Assembly: GCA_018816445.1 (NCBI GenBank)
Contig: JAHIVO010000005.1
Coordinates: forward strand, 1-63,783
Direction: 5' to 3'
DNA from: Patescibacteria group bacterium
Lineage (GTDB): Bacteria; Patescibacteriota; Patescibacteriia; UBA10025; JAHIVO01
Length of the DNA: 63,783 nucleotides
This document shows, piece after piece, positions 50,671-59,118 of this stretch (position 1 is the stretch's first letter; each line of letters begins with the position of its first letter). The position numbers and the translations under genes are program-made. Below the pieces are notes generated by a model. The model ran no database searches and was not told the DNA's origin. It was given only the letters and a program-made list of their open reading frames with translations.

Positions 50671-50807
50671 AGCTCCTCCTATAGTGTGCTTTTTTGTATT
50701 AGGTTATCTTACAATGTTTCAATATTTTGGTAAATGAAAAGAATTAAAAAACTCCCTACCTGGTGTAGTAGGGAGCTTTGGTTTCGAAATGAAATGAGCG
50801 ATGTGGA

Positions 50808-52022
50808 TTAGGTAGCCTGCTCGAGAATTAAGCCGGTCGCGCGTCCACCACCACCACAGGCAAAGACAATTGAGAACTGCTCACTGGACTGTTCTAGGAA
50901 GTAACAGCCTTCTTCGGCACGGCGGCCGCCGGACATACCGATGGCATGACCCAAGGCAATTGCACCACCATACCGGTTGACAATTGCCGGGTCAATATTC
51001 ATCCTTGTGGTGAAGTCATGAGCTTGGTTGCCGAACGCTTCGGTGCCTTGCCAGTCAGCGATATCGCTGGTGGTCAGTTTCTGCTTCTTTAGCAGGAATT
51101 CGACAACCTTAACCGGTGCGTCGAACAGTTCATCCGGTTCGGTGTATGCTGATTCTGTGGCTATGAGTTTCGCCATAACCTTCAATCCTCTTGAATCAGC
51201 AAAGTCTTTCAGCATCACGGCCTGTGCCATGGCAGCGTCGTTCTTACTTGAAACGTTGACGATAGTGGGATCACCGCCCTCACCCAAGTATGATTTCCAA
51301 CCGGTGATAAGTTCCGGCGTGACTTCCAGTTCAGACCAGTCTTTGTTCAGACGGGGGTAATCATGGTCAACGGTAAACGGTTCGAAACCGGGATCACCAT
51401 CAACTTTGATTACTCCTTCGACCGGGAAGATGAATCGTGAGGAAATTTCGGCACGATACCTGTAGGCGTTACCGAACGAGCGGGTCGCAACGGCGTCCAT
51501 GTCTGCGCGCGTGTAGCCATGTGTTTTACGGTGAGCTTCGGCTTTCTGCCACATCAGACCACCGTTGAAGCTGGTCAAGCCGATGATGTCTGAGAGGGGG
51601 ATCAGTTCCTTTTTGCCATAGAGTCCCTGATCCGGATTGGGCACCATATGGGTATTGGTCATGGATTCCGTGCCGACGATAATGATGCACTTAGCATCTT
51701 CGCGAGCTTGCAAGGTGTCTTTGGCATCCTCATATGCCTGAAGCGCAGAACAGCAGACCGTATTCACTACCTTTGATTTGGTCTTGGTTAGATCCCAGCC
51801 GGCTTCAGCAAGTACAGCGCGATCCAAGCCCTGACAGTCCGGCACGACCGTGGCGACGATGACCATATATACGTCATCTTGTGTCAGTCCGGTTCGTTTC
51901 ATCAGTTCCTTGAGTGCGAGCCCGCCCAATTTAGCGGCTCTCAAGTTCTTAAAGAAGCGGCCAACCGGTACAATTCCGGTGCTAACCGCGTCTCCGAGTA
52001 CGACAATTTTTGGGTCTGACAA
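50808..52022 (-). CDS. thiolase (acetyl-CoA C-acetyltransferase-like)
   Basis: VCCSALQA active-site Cys region, NRYGGAIALGHAIGMSGGR and ACGGGGRATGLILE. TTG start after the SD AAGGAGGG. Confidence 0.85.
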   Translation of the reverse strand: MSDPKIVVLGDAVSTGIVPVGRFFKNLRAAKLGGLALKELMKRTGLTQDDVYMVIVATVVPDCQGLDRAVLAEAGWDLTKTKSKVVNTVCCSALQAYEDAKDTLQAREDAKCIIIVGTESMTNTHMVPNPDQGLYGKKELIPLSDIIGLTSFNGGLMWQKAEAHRKTHGYTRADMDAVATRSFGNAYRYRAEISSRFIFPVEGVIKVDGDPGFEPFTVDHDYPRLNKDWSELEVTPELITGWKSYLGEGGDPTIVNVSSKNDAAMAQAVMLKDFADSRGLKVMAKLIATESAYTEPDELFDAPVKVVEFLLKKQKLTTSDIADWQGTEAFGNQAHDFTTRMNIDPAIVNRYGGAIALGHAIGMSGGRRAEEGCYFLEQSSEQFSIVFACGGGGRATGLILEQAT

Positions 52023-52250
52023 TCGTCCCTCCTTAAATTATGGAGTATTATACTCCGGTTAATGAGTTACATTAGTTACTTCAAATTCTTAGCTGTTTGT
52101 TGTTGCACCTCCTTGTGCTTGATTTTTGGGTTTTAGTTGTTTAAGAACATTTCGACTTTGCTCAATGTTAAGAATATGGACAATTAGCTAATTTTACAGA
52201 GATTATAAAAAAATGCAAGGTTTGGTTGCGTATAGTCTGAATATTTTTAA

Positions 52251-52922
52251 TTAGTTATCCAATCGCTTAAATGCGATTTTTATCGCATTAAGGTGACCTT
52301 TTAGTAAACTGCTCTTAAAGCACATTATACCTTTATTTGGAAACATATTATATGTAGCTTTTATTGTATTAAATGCTGTAACACAGGACCAATGCGCCAT
52401 TTCGTATGTATGGATTCTATTAAACCAAGGCATTAATTTTGCCTTGTTAGACAGACAGTTTTTTGGAAGATTTTTTGTTATTTTTTTATATTCCTTAAAC
52501 TCAATTTCGTTTGGTCTGTGATAAATATTTTTATCAGTTTTTTCATCTGATGTTATATGTACAATTGTATGTCTAAGTTTAATTAGCGTTTCTAGATCAG
52601 ATAAATTTTGGATTGGCTCATTTCGTTTTTTAAGTAAAGTAAATAGAAGTTTGTATTTTTTTAGTGTTCCAAGATTTAAAATATTGAATCCAATTTTATC
52701 AATATCTATTAGTTTTTGAGGAACGCCAATAGGGTATACTTTGCTTATATATTTTTTAAAAGTTATTCCTTTTCCTAATGCAGAGACTATAGTTTCATTA
52801 ATGAATGATTCTAGTGATACGATAGAAAGAATAATTGTCGTAATTGCGTTACTCGGTGATTTTTTTGATCGTTCGCAAGCGTCAATAGCTAGATGAAAAA
52901 TTTGTGGGGTATGTAGGTACAT
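52251..52922 (-). CDS. hypothetical protein with a possible HEPN-like Rx4H motif
   Basis: 223-aa AT-rich ORF with LIKLRHTIVH (R-x4-H) and an upstream SLESFINE helix. The assignment is weak. Confidence 0.4.
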   Translation of the reverse strand: MYLHTPQIFHLAIDACERSKKSPSNAITTIILSIVSLESFINETIVSALGKGITFKKYISKVYPIGVPQKLIDIDKIGFNILNLGTLKKYKLLFTLLKKRNEPIQNLSDLETLIKLRHTIVHITSDEKTDKNIYHRPNEIEFKEYKKITKNLPKNCLSNKAKLMPWFNRIHTYEMAHWSCVTAFNTIKATYNMFPNKGIMCFKSSLLKGHLNAIKIAFKRLDN

Positions 52923-52939
52923 AAAGGATTGTTAAAATG

Positions 52940-53035
52940 TGGTGCCGGGGAGAGCCCCGCTATCCCGTCATACGACGGGACAAGTTCAGCGGGATCTCCG
53001 CTTGCCCCGTAATACGGGGCTTCGCTCCGAGATTC
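52940..53035 (-). other. 3' arm of the outer tRNA-like inverted repeat (ends ...CCCCGGCACCA), containing two REP-like hairpins
   Basis: It pairs with 53344..53373 through GCCGGGG/CCCCGGC, GTCCCGC/GCGGGGC, TTCAG/CTGAA and CGAGATTC/GAATCTCG. It includes the hairpin tcccgtcatacgacggga, which is the D2 hairpin in inverted orientation. Confidence 0.5.
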
Positions 53036-53051
53036 TTATTAGTGTTTTTAA

Positions 53052-53099
53052 TGCCCAGGAGAGGAGTCGAACCTCCAAGGGATTGCCCCCACTAGGTCC
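53052..53099 (-). pseudogene. 3' half of a split tRNA-Leu
   Basis: GGA-CCTAG-TGGGGGCAATCCCTT-GGAGG-TTCGACT-CCTCT-CCTGGGC-A. This is complementary to the 5' half at 53283..53318. Confidence 0.6.
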
Positions 53100-53131
53100 C
53101 CCGCCTGCTGTGTCGGATGAGTTTATATGTT

Positions 53132-53218
53132 TGGTGCTGGAGGGGAGACTCGAACTCCCAAGCTCTTGCGAGCACTAGCTCCTAAGGCTAGCGCGTATAC
53201 CAATTCCGCCACTCCAGC
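53132..53218 (-). tRNA. tRNA-Leu (anticodon TAG), CCA encoded
   Basis: Hand-folded cloverleaf: GCTGGAG/CTCCAGC, loop CTTAGGA, variable arm GCTC-GCAA-GAGC, T-loop TTCGAGT, and ACCA. Confidence 0.9.
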
Positions 53219-53282
53219 ATAGTGTAGATTATTATAGGAAAGATTATTAGTATTTTTATAACGTGCACATTCGGCGGGCAGG

Positions 53283-53318
53283 TAAACCTAGCGCGTATAC
53301 CAATTCCGCCACCTGGGC
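53283..53318 (-). pseudogene. 5' half of the split tRNA-Leu
   Basis: GCCCAGG-TG-GCGGAATTGGTATACGC-G-CTAGG-TTTA. The D-arm is identical over 24 nt to that of the intact tRNA-Leu. Confidence 0.6.
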
Positions 53319-53343
53319 TTGAATATGTTATTTATAAATGGAT

Positions 53344-53373
53344 GAATCTCGCTGAATGGCGGGACACCCCGGC
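53344..53373 (-). other. 5' arm of the outer tRNA-like inverted repeat
   Basis: GCCGGGGTGTCCCGCCATTCAGCGAGATTC. Confidence 0.5.
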
Positions 53374-53421
53374 ACATAATTAATTCTACCTATTATATAT
53401 AATTGTAGCAAAAGATCAAGA

Positions 53422-53451
53422 TTGACAAAGCGCATGCATATTAGCTAAGAT
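53422..53451 (+). promoter_or_regulatory. prs promoter
   Basis: TTGACA, an 18-nt spacer, then TAAGAT. Confidence 0.5.
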
Positions 53452-53509
53452 TAATAACCATTTTGGCTTAATATGAAAAATAGTATATTGATAATAGAAG
53501 GAGGGTCCC

Positions 53510-54496
53510 ATGGACCTGAAGGTAATTGTAGGACCAGGATGTTCTAGCTCGTTAAGCGAAGGCATTCAGTCAAAGATTGCCGAGCTGACTAAGTCAGATT
53601 TTCAGTTAACTGTGTGCACAGAGACAGATTTTGCGGATGGAGCTGTACTTACTCAGATTGATGAGAATATTAGGGGAGCTGATGTATATATAGTACAATC
53701 AACTCCTCCGCCTGAGAGAAATTTCATGGTACTGCTTCAGATGCTACAGGCAGCTTCTTTGGCGTCGGCGGGTCGGGTAACAGCCGTGTTACCATATATT
53801 GATATTCGTCAGGACAGAAAAGATCGTCCGCGAGTACCAATAACCGCTGCCCTGCGCTTACAGGCGATTGAACAGGCTTTGATTGCAGCTTCGCATAAGC
53901 ATGTGATGTTTTTACATCCCCACTTTCCACAGGTGCAGGGGATGGTCCGTCTTTCTACTGATGTCTTGTACCCGACAAGTAGCTTCTTATTGGTAGCCAA
54001 TGATATAACTGGTAGTGATTTTTCGCAAGTCCTGCCTGTAGCACCGGATGTTGGTGCGGCAAAATTGGCTGCGCATTATCATCGCAGATTGGGTACGGGT
54101 TCATACGCTATCGGCGATAAGCGACGCAGTGATAATGACCAGGCGGAGATCAAAAGCATTATCGGGTGGATTGTTGGGCGAACGGCTTTTATCTACGATG
54201 ACATCATCGACACGGCCGGTTCTATCAAGGCTTTGGCTGCTAAACTTCGTGAGTTGGGTGTAGACAAGATATATGTCTTTGCCACGCACGGTATTCTGGC
54301 TGGTAAAGCCATTGCTAATCTGCAGTCTGCTGGTATTGAAAAGGTATTCATTACCGATTCAATCTCACATGATGGTGACAGCTTGCCTTCAGACCTGATT
54401 CAAATTGTGCCATGCGGTGAATTGCTCGGTGAAGCAATCTGGAGGAACAATACTAATAGGTCTATCCATGCTATTGACGGCATGTTTGATCGTTAA
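53510..54496 (+). CDS. prs: ribose-phosphate pyrophosphokinase
   Basis: RQDRKDRPRVPI, APDVGAAKLA and the PRPP-binding motif IYDDIIDTAGS. SD AAGGAGGG. Confidence 0.85.
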   Translation: MDLKVIVGPGCSSSLSEGIQSKIAELTKSDFQLTVCTETDFADGAVLTQIDENIRGADVYIVQSTPPPERNFMVLLQMLQAASLASAGRVTAVLPYIDIRQDRKDRPRVPITAALRLQAIEQALIAASHKHVMFLHPHFPQVQGMVRLSTDVLYPTSSFLLVANDITGSDFSQVLPVAPDVGAAKLAAHYHRRLGTGSYAIGDKRRSDNDQAEIKSIIGWIVGRTAFIYDDIIDTAGSIKALAAKLRELGVDKIYVFATHGILAGKAIANLQSAGIEKVFITDSISHDGDSLPSDLIQIVPCGELLGEAIWRNNTNRSIHAIDGMFDR

Positions 54497-54522
54497 GCAG
54501 GCATAAAGGCCGGAACATGTGT

Positions 54523-54557
54523 AAGGCTGTCATACTCGACAGCCTTATTTTTTTATT
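54523..54557 (+). terminator. prs terminator
   Basis: Stem aaggctgtc/gacagcctt followed by a T-run. Confidence 0.75.
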
Positions 54558-54571
54558 ATATAATTTTCTAT

Positions 54572-55084
54572 ATGGAAGAACAGGTTAAACAAAAAAAATC
54601 ATTAAAAATGCCGCTTATCCTGGTGGTTGTATGGTTGCTGATTATTGCCTTATTTGGCTACAGTTTATGGCTGGACAGGAATGACAACAGTGATAGTTCA
54701 ATTTACGAAGAAGTGTCATTAAGTTCTGATGATACAAATAGTACGGCCATTTCCGCTCCGCCAGTGGATATGTCCGAAGCCCAAAAAGAACAGGCCGGAT
54801 CCCGGGACTCCAAGCGTTTAAATGACATTAAGTCCATGCGGGCTGCGTTAGAGTCGTATCGTCATACTAATGGCAACTATCCGGCCGCACTTGAGGATTT
54901 AGTGCCTGATTATTTTGAGTTTTTACCGGTAAATCCTTCGCCTGGCGGCAAGCCCTATAATTATACTGGTATTGGCAGTGAACCATTTACTTATTATGAC
55001 ATTAGTTATGTTTTAGAAATTGGTGCGGAAGGCATTGATCCGGGAATGCATATTGCCAATCCCAGTGGTTTAGCAGCGCCGTAA
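54572..55084 (+). CDS. membrane-anchored GspG/pseudopilin-like domain protein
   Basis: A TM helix followed by RDSKRLNDIKSMRAALESYRHTNGNYPAALEDLVPDYFEFLPVNP. This is typical of T2SS-G-like globular domains, but no classical prepilin cleavage motif is present. Confidence 0.5.
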   Translation: MEEQVKQKKSLKMPLILVVVWLLIIALFGYSLWLDRNDNSDSSIYEEVSLSSDDTNSTAISAPPVDMSEAQKEQAGSRDSKRLNDIKSMRAALESYRHTNGNYPAALEDLVPDYFEFLPVNPSPGGKPYNYTGIGSEPFTYYDISYVLEIGAEGIDPGMHIANPSGLAAP

Positions 55085-55217
55085 TATTCATTTTCTAAAA
55101 TTTATAAGCCGGACTGGAAGATCCGGTTTTTGGTTTGACAATGTTTGTATAATTTAAGTAAGATAAACTAATTTGTACATTGTTAATAAAACCAGATAAA
55201 CCCAAGGAGGTATTATC

Positions 55218-56468
55218 GTGAGTGGACATGATTTTTCAGCGGGTTTGATGCCGGTGGCACCTGGCATTTACCGGACTACGACTTATGCGGCCAGGTCTGG
55301 AGCTGAGTTGGAAAGGAGATTTCTAGCTCTACTTGGTCGGCAGCCATTACCAGAGGGAGAAAGCCCGTTTATTTACGGCCGGTTTGGTACGCCGAATTCA
55401 GTATCTGTTGAGCATGCTTTACTACAGCATGAGCCAGGAGCAGCTGCAGCCCTGGTCTTTCCTTCAGGCATGTCGGCAATTTCAACTACACTGTGGGCTG
55501 TATGTAAGCCAGGCGATGTGGTGTTATATACCAACCCGGTGTATGGGTGTACGGATGATCTTTTCCGGAGCATCCTGTCTAAGTGGGACGTGGAAGCAGT
55601 TTGCATTGACACTTCTGACCTGAAAGAAGTGTCAGCGGCCATTGAACATTATGGCGATAGGATTGCTGCCATATTCCTGGAATCACCAAGCAATCCGATC
55701 ATCAGATTTACGGACATTGCTGCAGTGGTAAAGCTGGCAAAGGCAAAGTCGGACAAGATCAAGGTGATCGTAGATAATACTTTCCTGGGAATTTTCCAGC
55801 CGTTGTTCAAGCACGGCGTGGATTATGTGGTACATTCAGCCACTAAGTTCCTGGGCGGCCATAGCGATATTATCGGCGGCGTGGTGTATTCAGCCACGCC
55901 AGAAGGCATGGCGGTGGTTTTACCGTATCGCCATACTCTTGGTCCGATTATGACGCCGGATGCGTGCTATGAGCTGGAGCGTTCGCTAGCTACATTATCA
56001 TTGCGCATGAATGCGCAGGCACATTCGGCTATGGCCATTGCCCAGATGATGGTGGGGCATCCGTGCGTGGAAAGGGTAATGTACCCGGGCTTGCTCCACC
56101 TGGAGCAAGATTTAACGCAATCAACCATTTACCAGACGCACTGCACTGGTCCAGGATCCATGATTTCCTTCTACATACGGGACGGAGGAAAGGCAGAAGC
56201 CTTCAAGTTCCAGGAAGCGCTGGAAGCCCTGTTAGTAGAAGTAGTAGAAGCTGGATTTGGCGGATCAATCGCTGTGAGCCTGGGTGGTGTTCATACACTA
56301 TCTGAGCATCCGGCTACTACTTCCCATATGAGTGTACCCCGAGAGGTACGTGAGAAGGCGGGAGTGACTGACAATCTGGTCAGGATTTCAGTGGGTTGCG
56401 AAGAAGTAGATAAACCTGGTTTGCTGGTAACATCGATCCAGCAGGCGTTGGATGCGCTCCAACAGTAA
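55218..56468 (+). CDS. Cys/Met-metabolism PLP enzyme (methionine gamma-lyase / cystathionine gamma-synthase family)
   Basis: HSATKFLGGHSDIIGG (PLP Lys). GTG start after the SD AAGGAGG. Confidence 0.85.
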   Translation: MSGHDFSAGLMPVAPGIYRTTTYAARSGAELERRFLALLGRQPLPEGESPFIYGRFGTPNSVSVEHALLQHEPGAAAALVFPSGMSAISTTLWAVCKPGDVVLYTNPVYGCTDDLFRSILSKWDVEAVCIDTSDLKEVSAAIEHYGDRIAAIFLESPSNPIIRFTDIAAVVKLAKAKSDKIKVIVDNTFLGIFQPLFKHGVDYVVHSATKFLGGHSDIIGGVVYSATPEGMAVVLPYRHTLGPIMTPDACYELERSLATLSLRMNAQAHSAMAIAQMMVGHPCVERVMYPGLLHLEQDLTQSTIYQTHCTGPGSMISFYIRDGGKAEAFKFQEALEALLVEVVEAGFGGSIAVSLGGVHTLSEHPATTSHMSVPREVREKAGVTDNLVRISVGCEEVDKPGLLVTSIQQALDALQQ

Positions 56469-56489
56469 GATCGAGTTTGATCATTTGCG

Positions 56490-56521
56490 CGGAAGTCCAA
56501 ATAATGGGCTTCCGTTTTTTT
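56490..56521 (+). terminator. rho-independent terminator
   Basis: Stem cggaagtcc/gggcttccg followed by 7 T. Confidence 0.7.
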
Positions 56522-56615
56522 ATATGCGCGATTTGACATGGATGATTTCTTTGTATAGTATAGATATTAAAATCGTCCTTTCATCTTCTATTGTCATATG
56601 TACCAAGGAGGGTTG

Positions 56616-56789
56616 ATGCCATCTGGGACCGCTACTAATCAACGAACAACTGAATTGTTTTGCAGGGTGTGTGAATGTATTTGCCTTCACACAATAATCA
56701 GCAAGTTAAGAGGCAGGTTGAATCATAAAGTGCGATGCACTGGATGCAACAAGGAGTCTGAACGGCAGTTTATGTCGTATGATCAATAA
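56616..56789 (+). CDS. small zinc-ribbon-like protein (57 aa)
   Basis: ATG after the SD AAGGAGGG, with CRVCEC...CTGC motifs and a terminator downstream. Confidence 0.45.
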   Translation: MPSGTATNQRTTELFCRVCECICLHTIISKLRGRLNHKVRCTGCNKESERQFMSYDQ

Positions 56790-56795
56790 AATTGT

Positions 56796-56829
56796 GGCCG
56801 ACTTTGTAAAAAAAGTCGGTCATTTTTTA
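56796..56829 (+). terminator. rho-independent terminator
   Basis: Stem ccgacttt/aaagtcgg followed by a T-run. Confidence 0.65.
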
Positions 56830-57062
56830 GTTTCAAAAAGTCCATTTTTATGCTAAAATAAAGGTAGAAATGAATATTTGACAATTTTAAAACAGACGGC
56901 GCGGCGGCAGGAAGCGGATACATTGTTTGAAGCGGATGAAGTGAGTTGAAAAGAGTATGTGAGCCGTCAAAGTCGCGCCGTCACAGAAAATTGACGCCTA
57001 GACATTTTGTGGAAAAGGCACTTTTAAATATTCTAATTGCTCATTACAAAACCATAAGGAGG

Positions 57063-57122
57063 ATGTGTATGGAGCACGAAGTTCGTCATTATTGAGGAGA
57101 TCAACGTGGGTCTCTCCTCAAT
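57063..57122 (+). promoter_or_regulatory. mini-ORF (MCMEHEVRHY, or MEHEVRHY from the second ATG) overlapping a perfect 10-bp hairpin. It is a candidate leader/attenuator of the M23 peptidase gene
   Basis: AAGGAGGA lies directly before the ATG. The stop TGA at 57093..57095 lies inside the left arm ATTGAGGAGA, which pairs with TCTCCTCAAT at 57113..57122. Confidence 0.4.
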
Positions 57123-57176
57123 GTTACTTTACAATTCAAAGGCTCACTGTAACTGTTGAATCTCAAGGAGAGTAAG

Positions 57177-57881
57177 ATGTTTAAGAAAAATCTGTTTTGG
57201 TTAGTGCCAGCTTTGTTGCTGATGCTGGTGGTGGGGTGTGCGGAAGAAGCGGATAAGATAAGTGCGCCGGAAACAGCCACTGATCTTGAGTACGATTTGA
57301 ACAATGATTTCGAACCGCCGGTTGATGCGGATACCACAAGTACAACTGGTGATACGGGCGCCTTTGCTAAACTCGGCGCATCAATGCGTGTGGCCTGGCC
57401 ATTTGGTCACTGGCAGCTCATCAAAGACTGGACCGGGTGGAGGGGTCCCCGAACGTCTACCTGGACACACCGGGGTGCAGAATTCTATGCACGCGACTTG
57501 AATCAGAGGAATGGCCTGGACTACGGCATTAATATTTACGCTGGTTTTGCCGGTCGGGTAGTGAAGGTTTATAAGAACTGTCAAAACGGAAATCAGGGTT
57601 GTAATGGTGGATACGGGAACGAAGTTGTAATTTATGATTACAACCGACATGTAGCTCTACGCTATGCGCATCTTTCGTCTGTTGCCGTTTCAAAGGGTCA
57701 ATGGGTTGGTTATGGCCAATATCTCGGTAAAACTGGCAATACCGGTCGTTCCTCAGGCCCTCATTTGCATATTGTGGGCTTTGAGAACATTAATCATTTT
57801 GATGGAAGTGGTTACCCGATAATTCCAACACCTCAGGACTCTTATCACTATGCCTGTGCAATCTACTTTGATTGGTGGTAA
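57177..57881 (+). CDS. M23-family (LytM-type) peptidase lipoprotein
   Basis: Lipobox VVGC, plus HRGAEFYARD, YAHLSS and GNTGRSSGPHLH. Confidence 0.85.
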   Translation: MFKKNLFWLVPALLLMLVVGCAEEADKISAPETATDLEYDLNNDFEPPVDADTTSTTGDTGAFAKLGASMRVAWPFGHWQLIKDWTGWRGPRTSTWTHRGAEFYARDLNQRNGLDYGINIYAGFAGRVVKVYKNCQNGNQGCNGGYGNEVVIYDYNRHVALRYAHLSSVAVSKGQWVGYGQYLGKTGNTGRSSGPHLHIVGFENINHFDGSGYPIIPTPQDSYHYACAIYFDWW

Positions 57882-57959
57882 ACAACGGTGAATAACAGGG
57901 GGAGAAATTTCTCCCCCTTACCTTATTAAAAGTTCCAATTAATATATTGAATAAATTCT

Positions 57960-58775
57960 ATGACAAGTCTTCAAAATTTATCAAAAAAAAGTGCTTTAAT
58001 CATTTTAGTAATTATTATTGGAATTTTAATTGTAGGCGGATTTTATTTAATCAACCCGTCCAAGGTTAGTAATCAGAATATTGAAAATAGTAATAATAAA
58101 GTAACTAACTTAGTTAATAAGACAGTAGAGAGTGATCGAGATTACGAATATTCAGTATCAGGCTCTGTGGGTAAACTTTCATTCCCATATTCTGATTTTA
58201 GTATTCAAGTTCCAATATCATTTTTTACTCTCTCAGATCAGGAAATTGACCAGTATAGTATTGTAGATGGCGAATACTATTTATGGAATGCTTGCAGAAT
58301 TTTTTATAAAGATTCAGGAAAGGGGGCTGCATTATGGGTAAGCTATGCAGAGCAAAATGAGCTATGTGGAACCGAAAGATCACTTTCATTGTTAAGTGAA
58401 TCTGTTTTTCAATCAGTGGGTAGTTATTTTTGTTCTGTAGCTGAAAAATCAGCACAATATATTTATGCTGGATGTGAAATAATTAATAATCCACCCCAGG
58501 GCTTTACTGGTTACTCATTTTATGAATACGTTCCGGATTATGGTGTCGAAAATAGTGGTACTATAGTGCGTGAAGTGTTCTTATATGATAATAATTCAGG
58601 AGAAAATAAGATTATTCTTGGTTATATTCCAATTAATAATTCTATGTCTATAAAACAAAATGAATTTGATGAATATGTAAGCGATATTAAAGCTGGTAAA
58701 CTTGGTCAATTCAATAAAGACAACGATAATATAAAAATATTCGAAAGTATTATTAGTTCGATACAAGTTCAATAA
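57960..58775 (+). CDS. hypothetical membrane-anchored protein
   Basis: 271-aa AT-rich ORF with an N-terminal TM helix. Confidence 0.45.
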   Translation: MTSLQNLSKKSALIILVIIIGILIVGGFYLINPSKVSNQNIENSNNKVTNLVNKTVESDRDYEYSVSGSVGKLSFPYSDFSIQVPISFFTLSDQEIDQYSIVDGEYYLWNACRIFYKDSGKGAALWVSYAEQNELCGTERSLSLLSESVFQSVGSYFCSVAEKSAQYIYAGCEIINNPPQGFTGYSFYEYVPDYGVENSGTIVREVFLYDNNSGENKIILGYIPINNSMSIKQNEFDEYVSDIKAGKLGQFNKDNDNIKIFESIISSIQVQ

Positions 58776-59118
58776 TATTTGATACACCAAAATGACGACC
58801 TTAGTTTGAGAGGTCGGTCGTCATTTTTGGAAGCTTTATCCATAGAATAGTTGAGTTGTTGTCTTATTCATCCTAAGCAACCTATAAAAGGTGTGTTCGG
58901 ATGAAAAAGCATTTTGACAACGTAATTATTCCAGAGCTTAATTTTTATTGTAGAACTTTTAAAAATGCTGTCAAGTTTTTTAAGATAATTAATTTTGGAG
59001 CTAATATTAGCCAAAATTGGATGATTAATTTTCTCTATAGTTACGGGCCCTTCTAAATTGTAACTGCTGGGGAAAAGTTTAGTCATCCGTTAAAGGTTAA
59101 TATATGAAAGGACAAAGT

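Noticed and set aside
52939-53178. 79-aa plus-strand ORF
   Set aside because: It is antisense to the tRNA-Leu genes and REP-like hairpins, so it is an artefact of GC-rich structured DNA.
53100-53282. A group I intron in the split tRNA-Leu, as in cyanobacterial tRNA-Leu
   Set aside because: The insert is only 183 nt, and 87 nt of that is a complete tRNA. No P3-P8-like core could be traced by eye. This still needs a covariance-model check.
58868-59086. 72-aa minus-strand ORF between the hypothetical gene and ssb
   Set aside because: It has no RBS or recognisable motif, and it overlaps the likely ssb promoter region. It is treated as non-coding.
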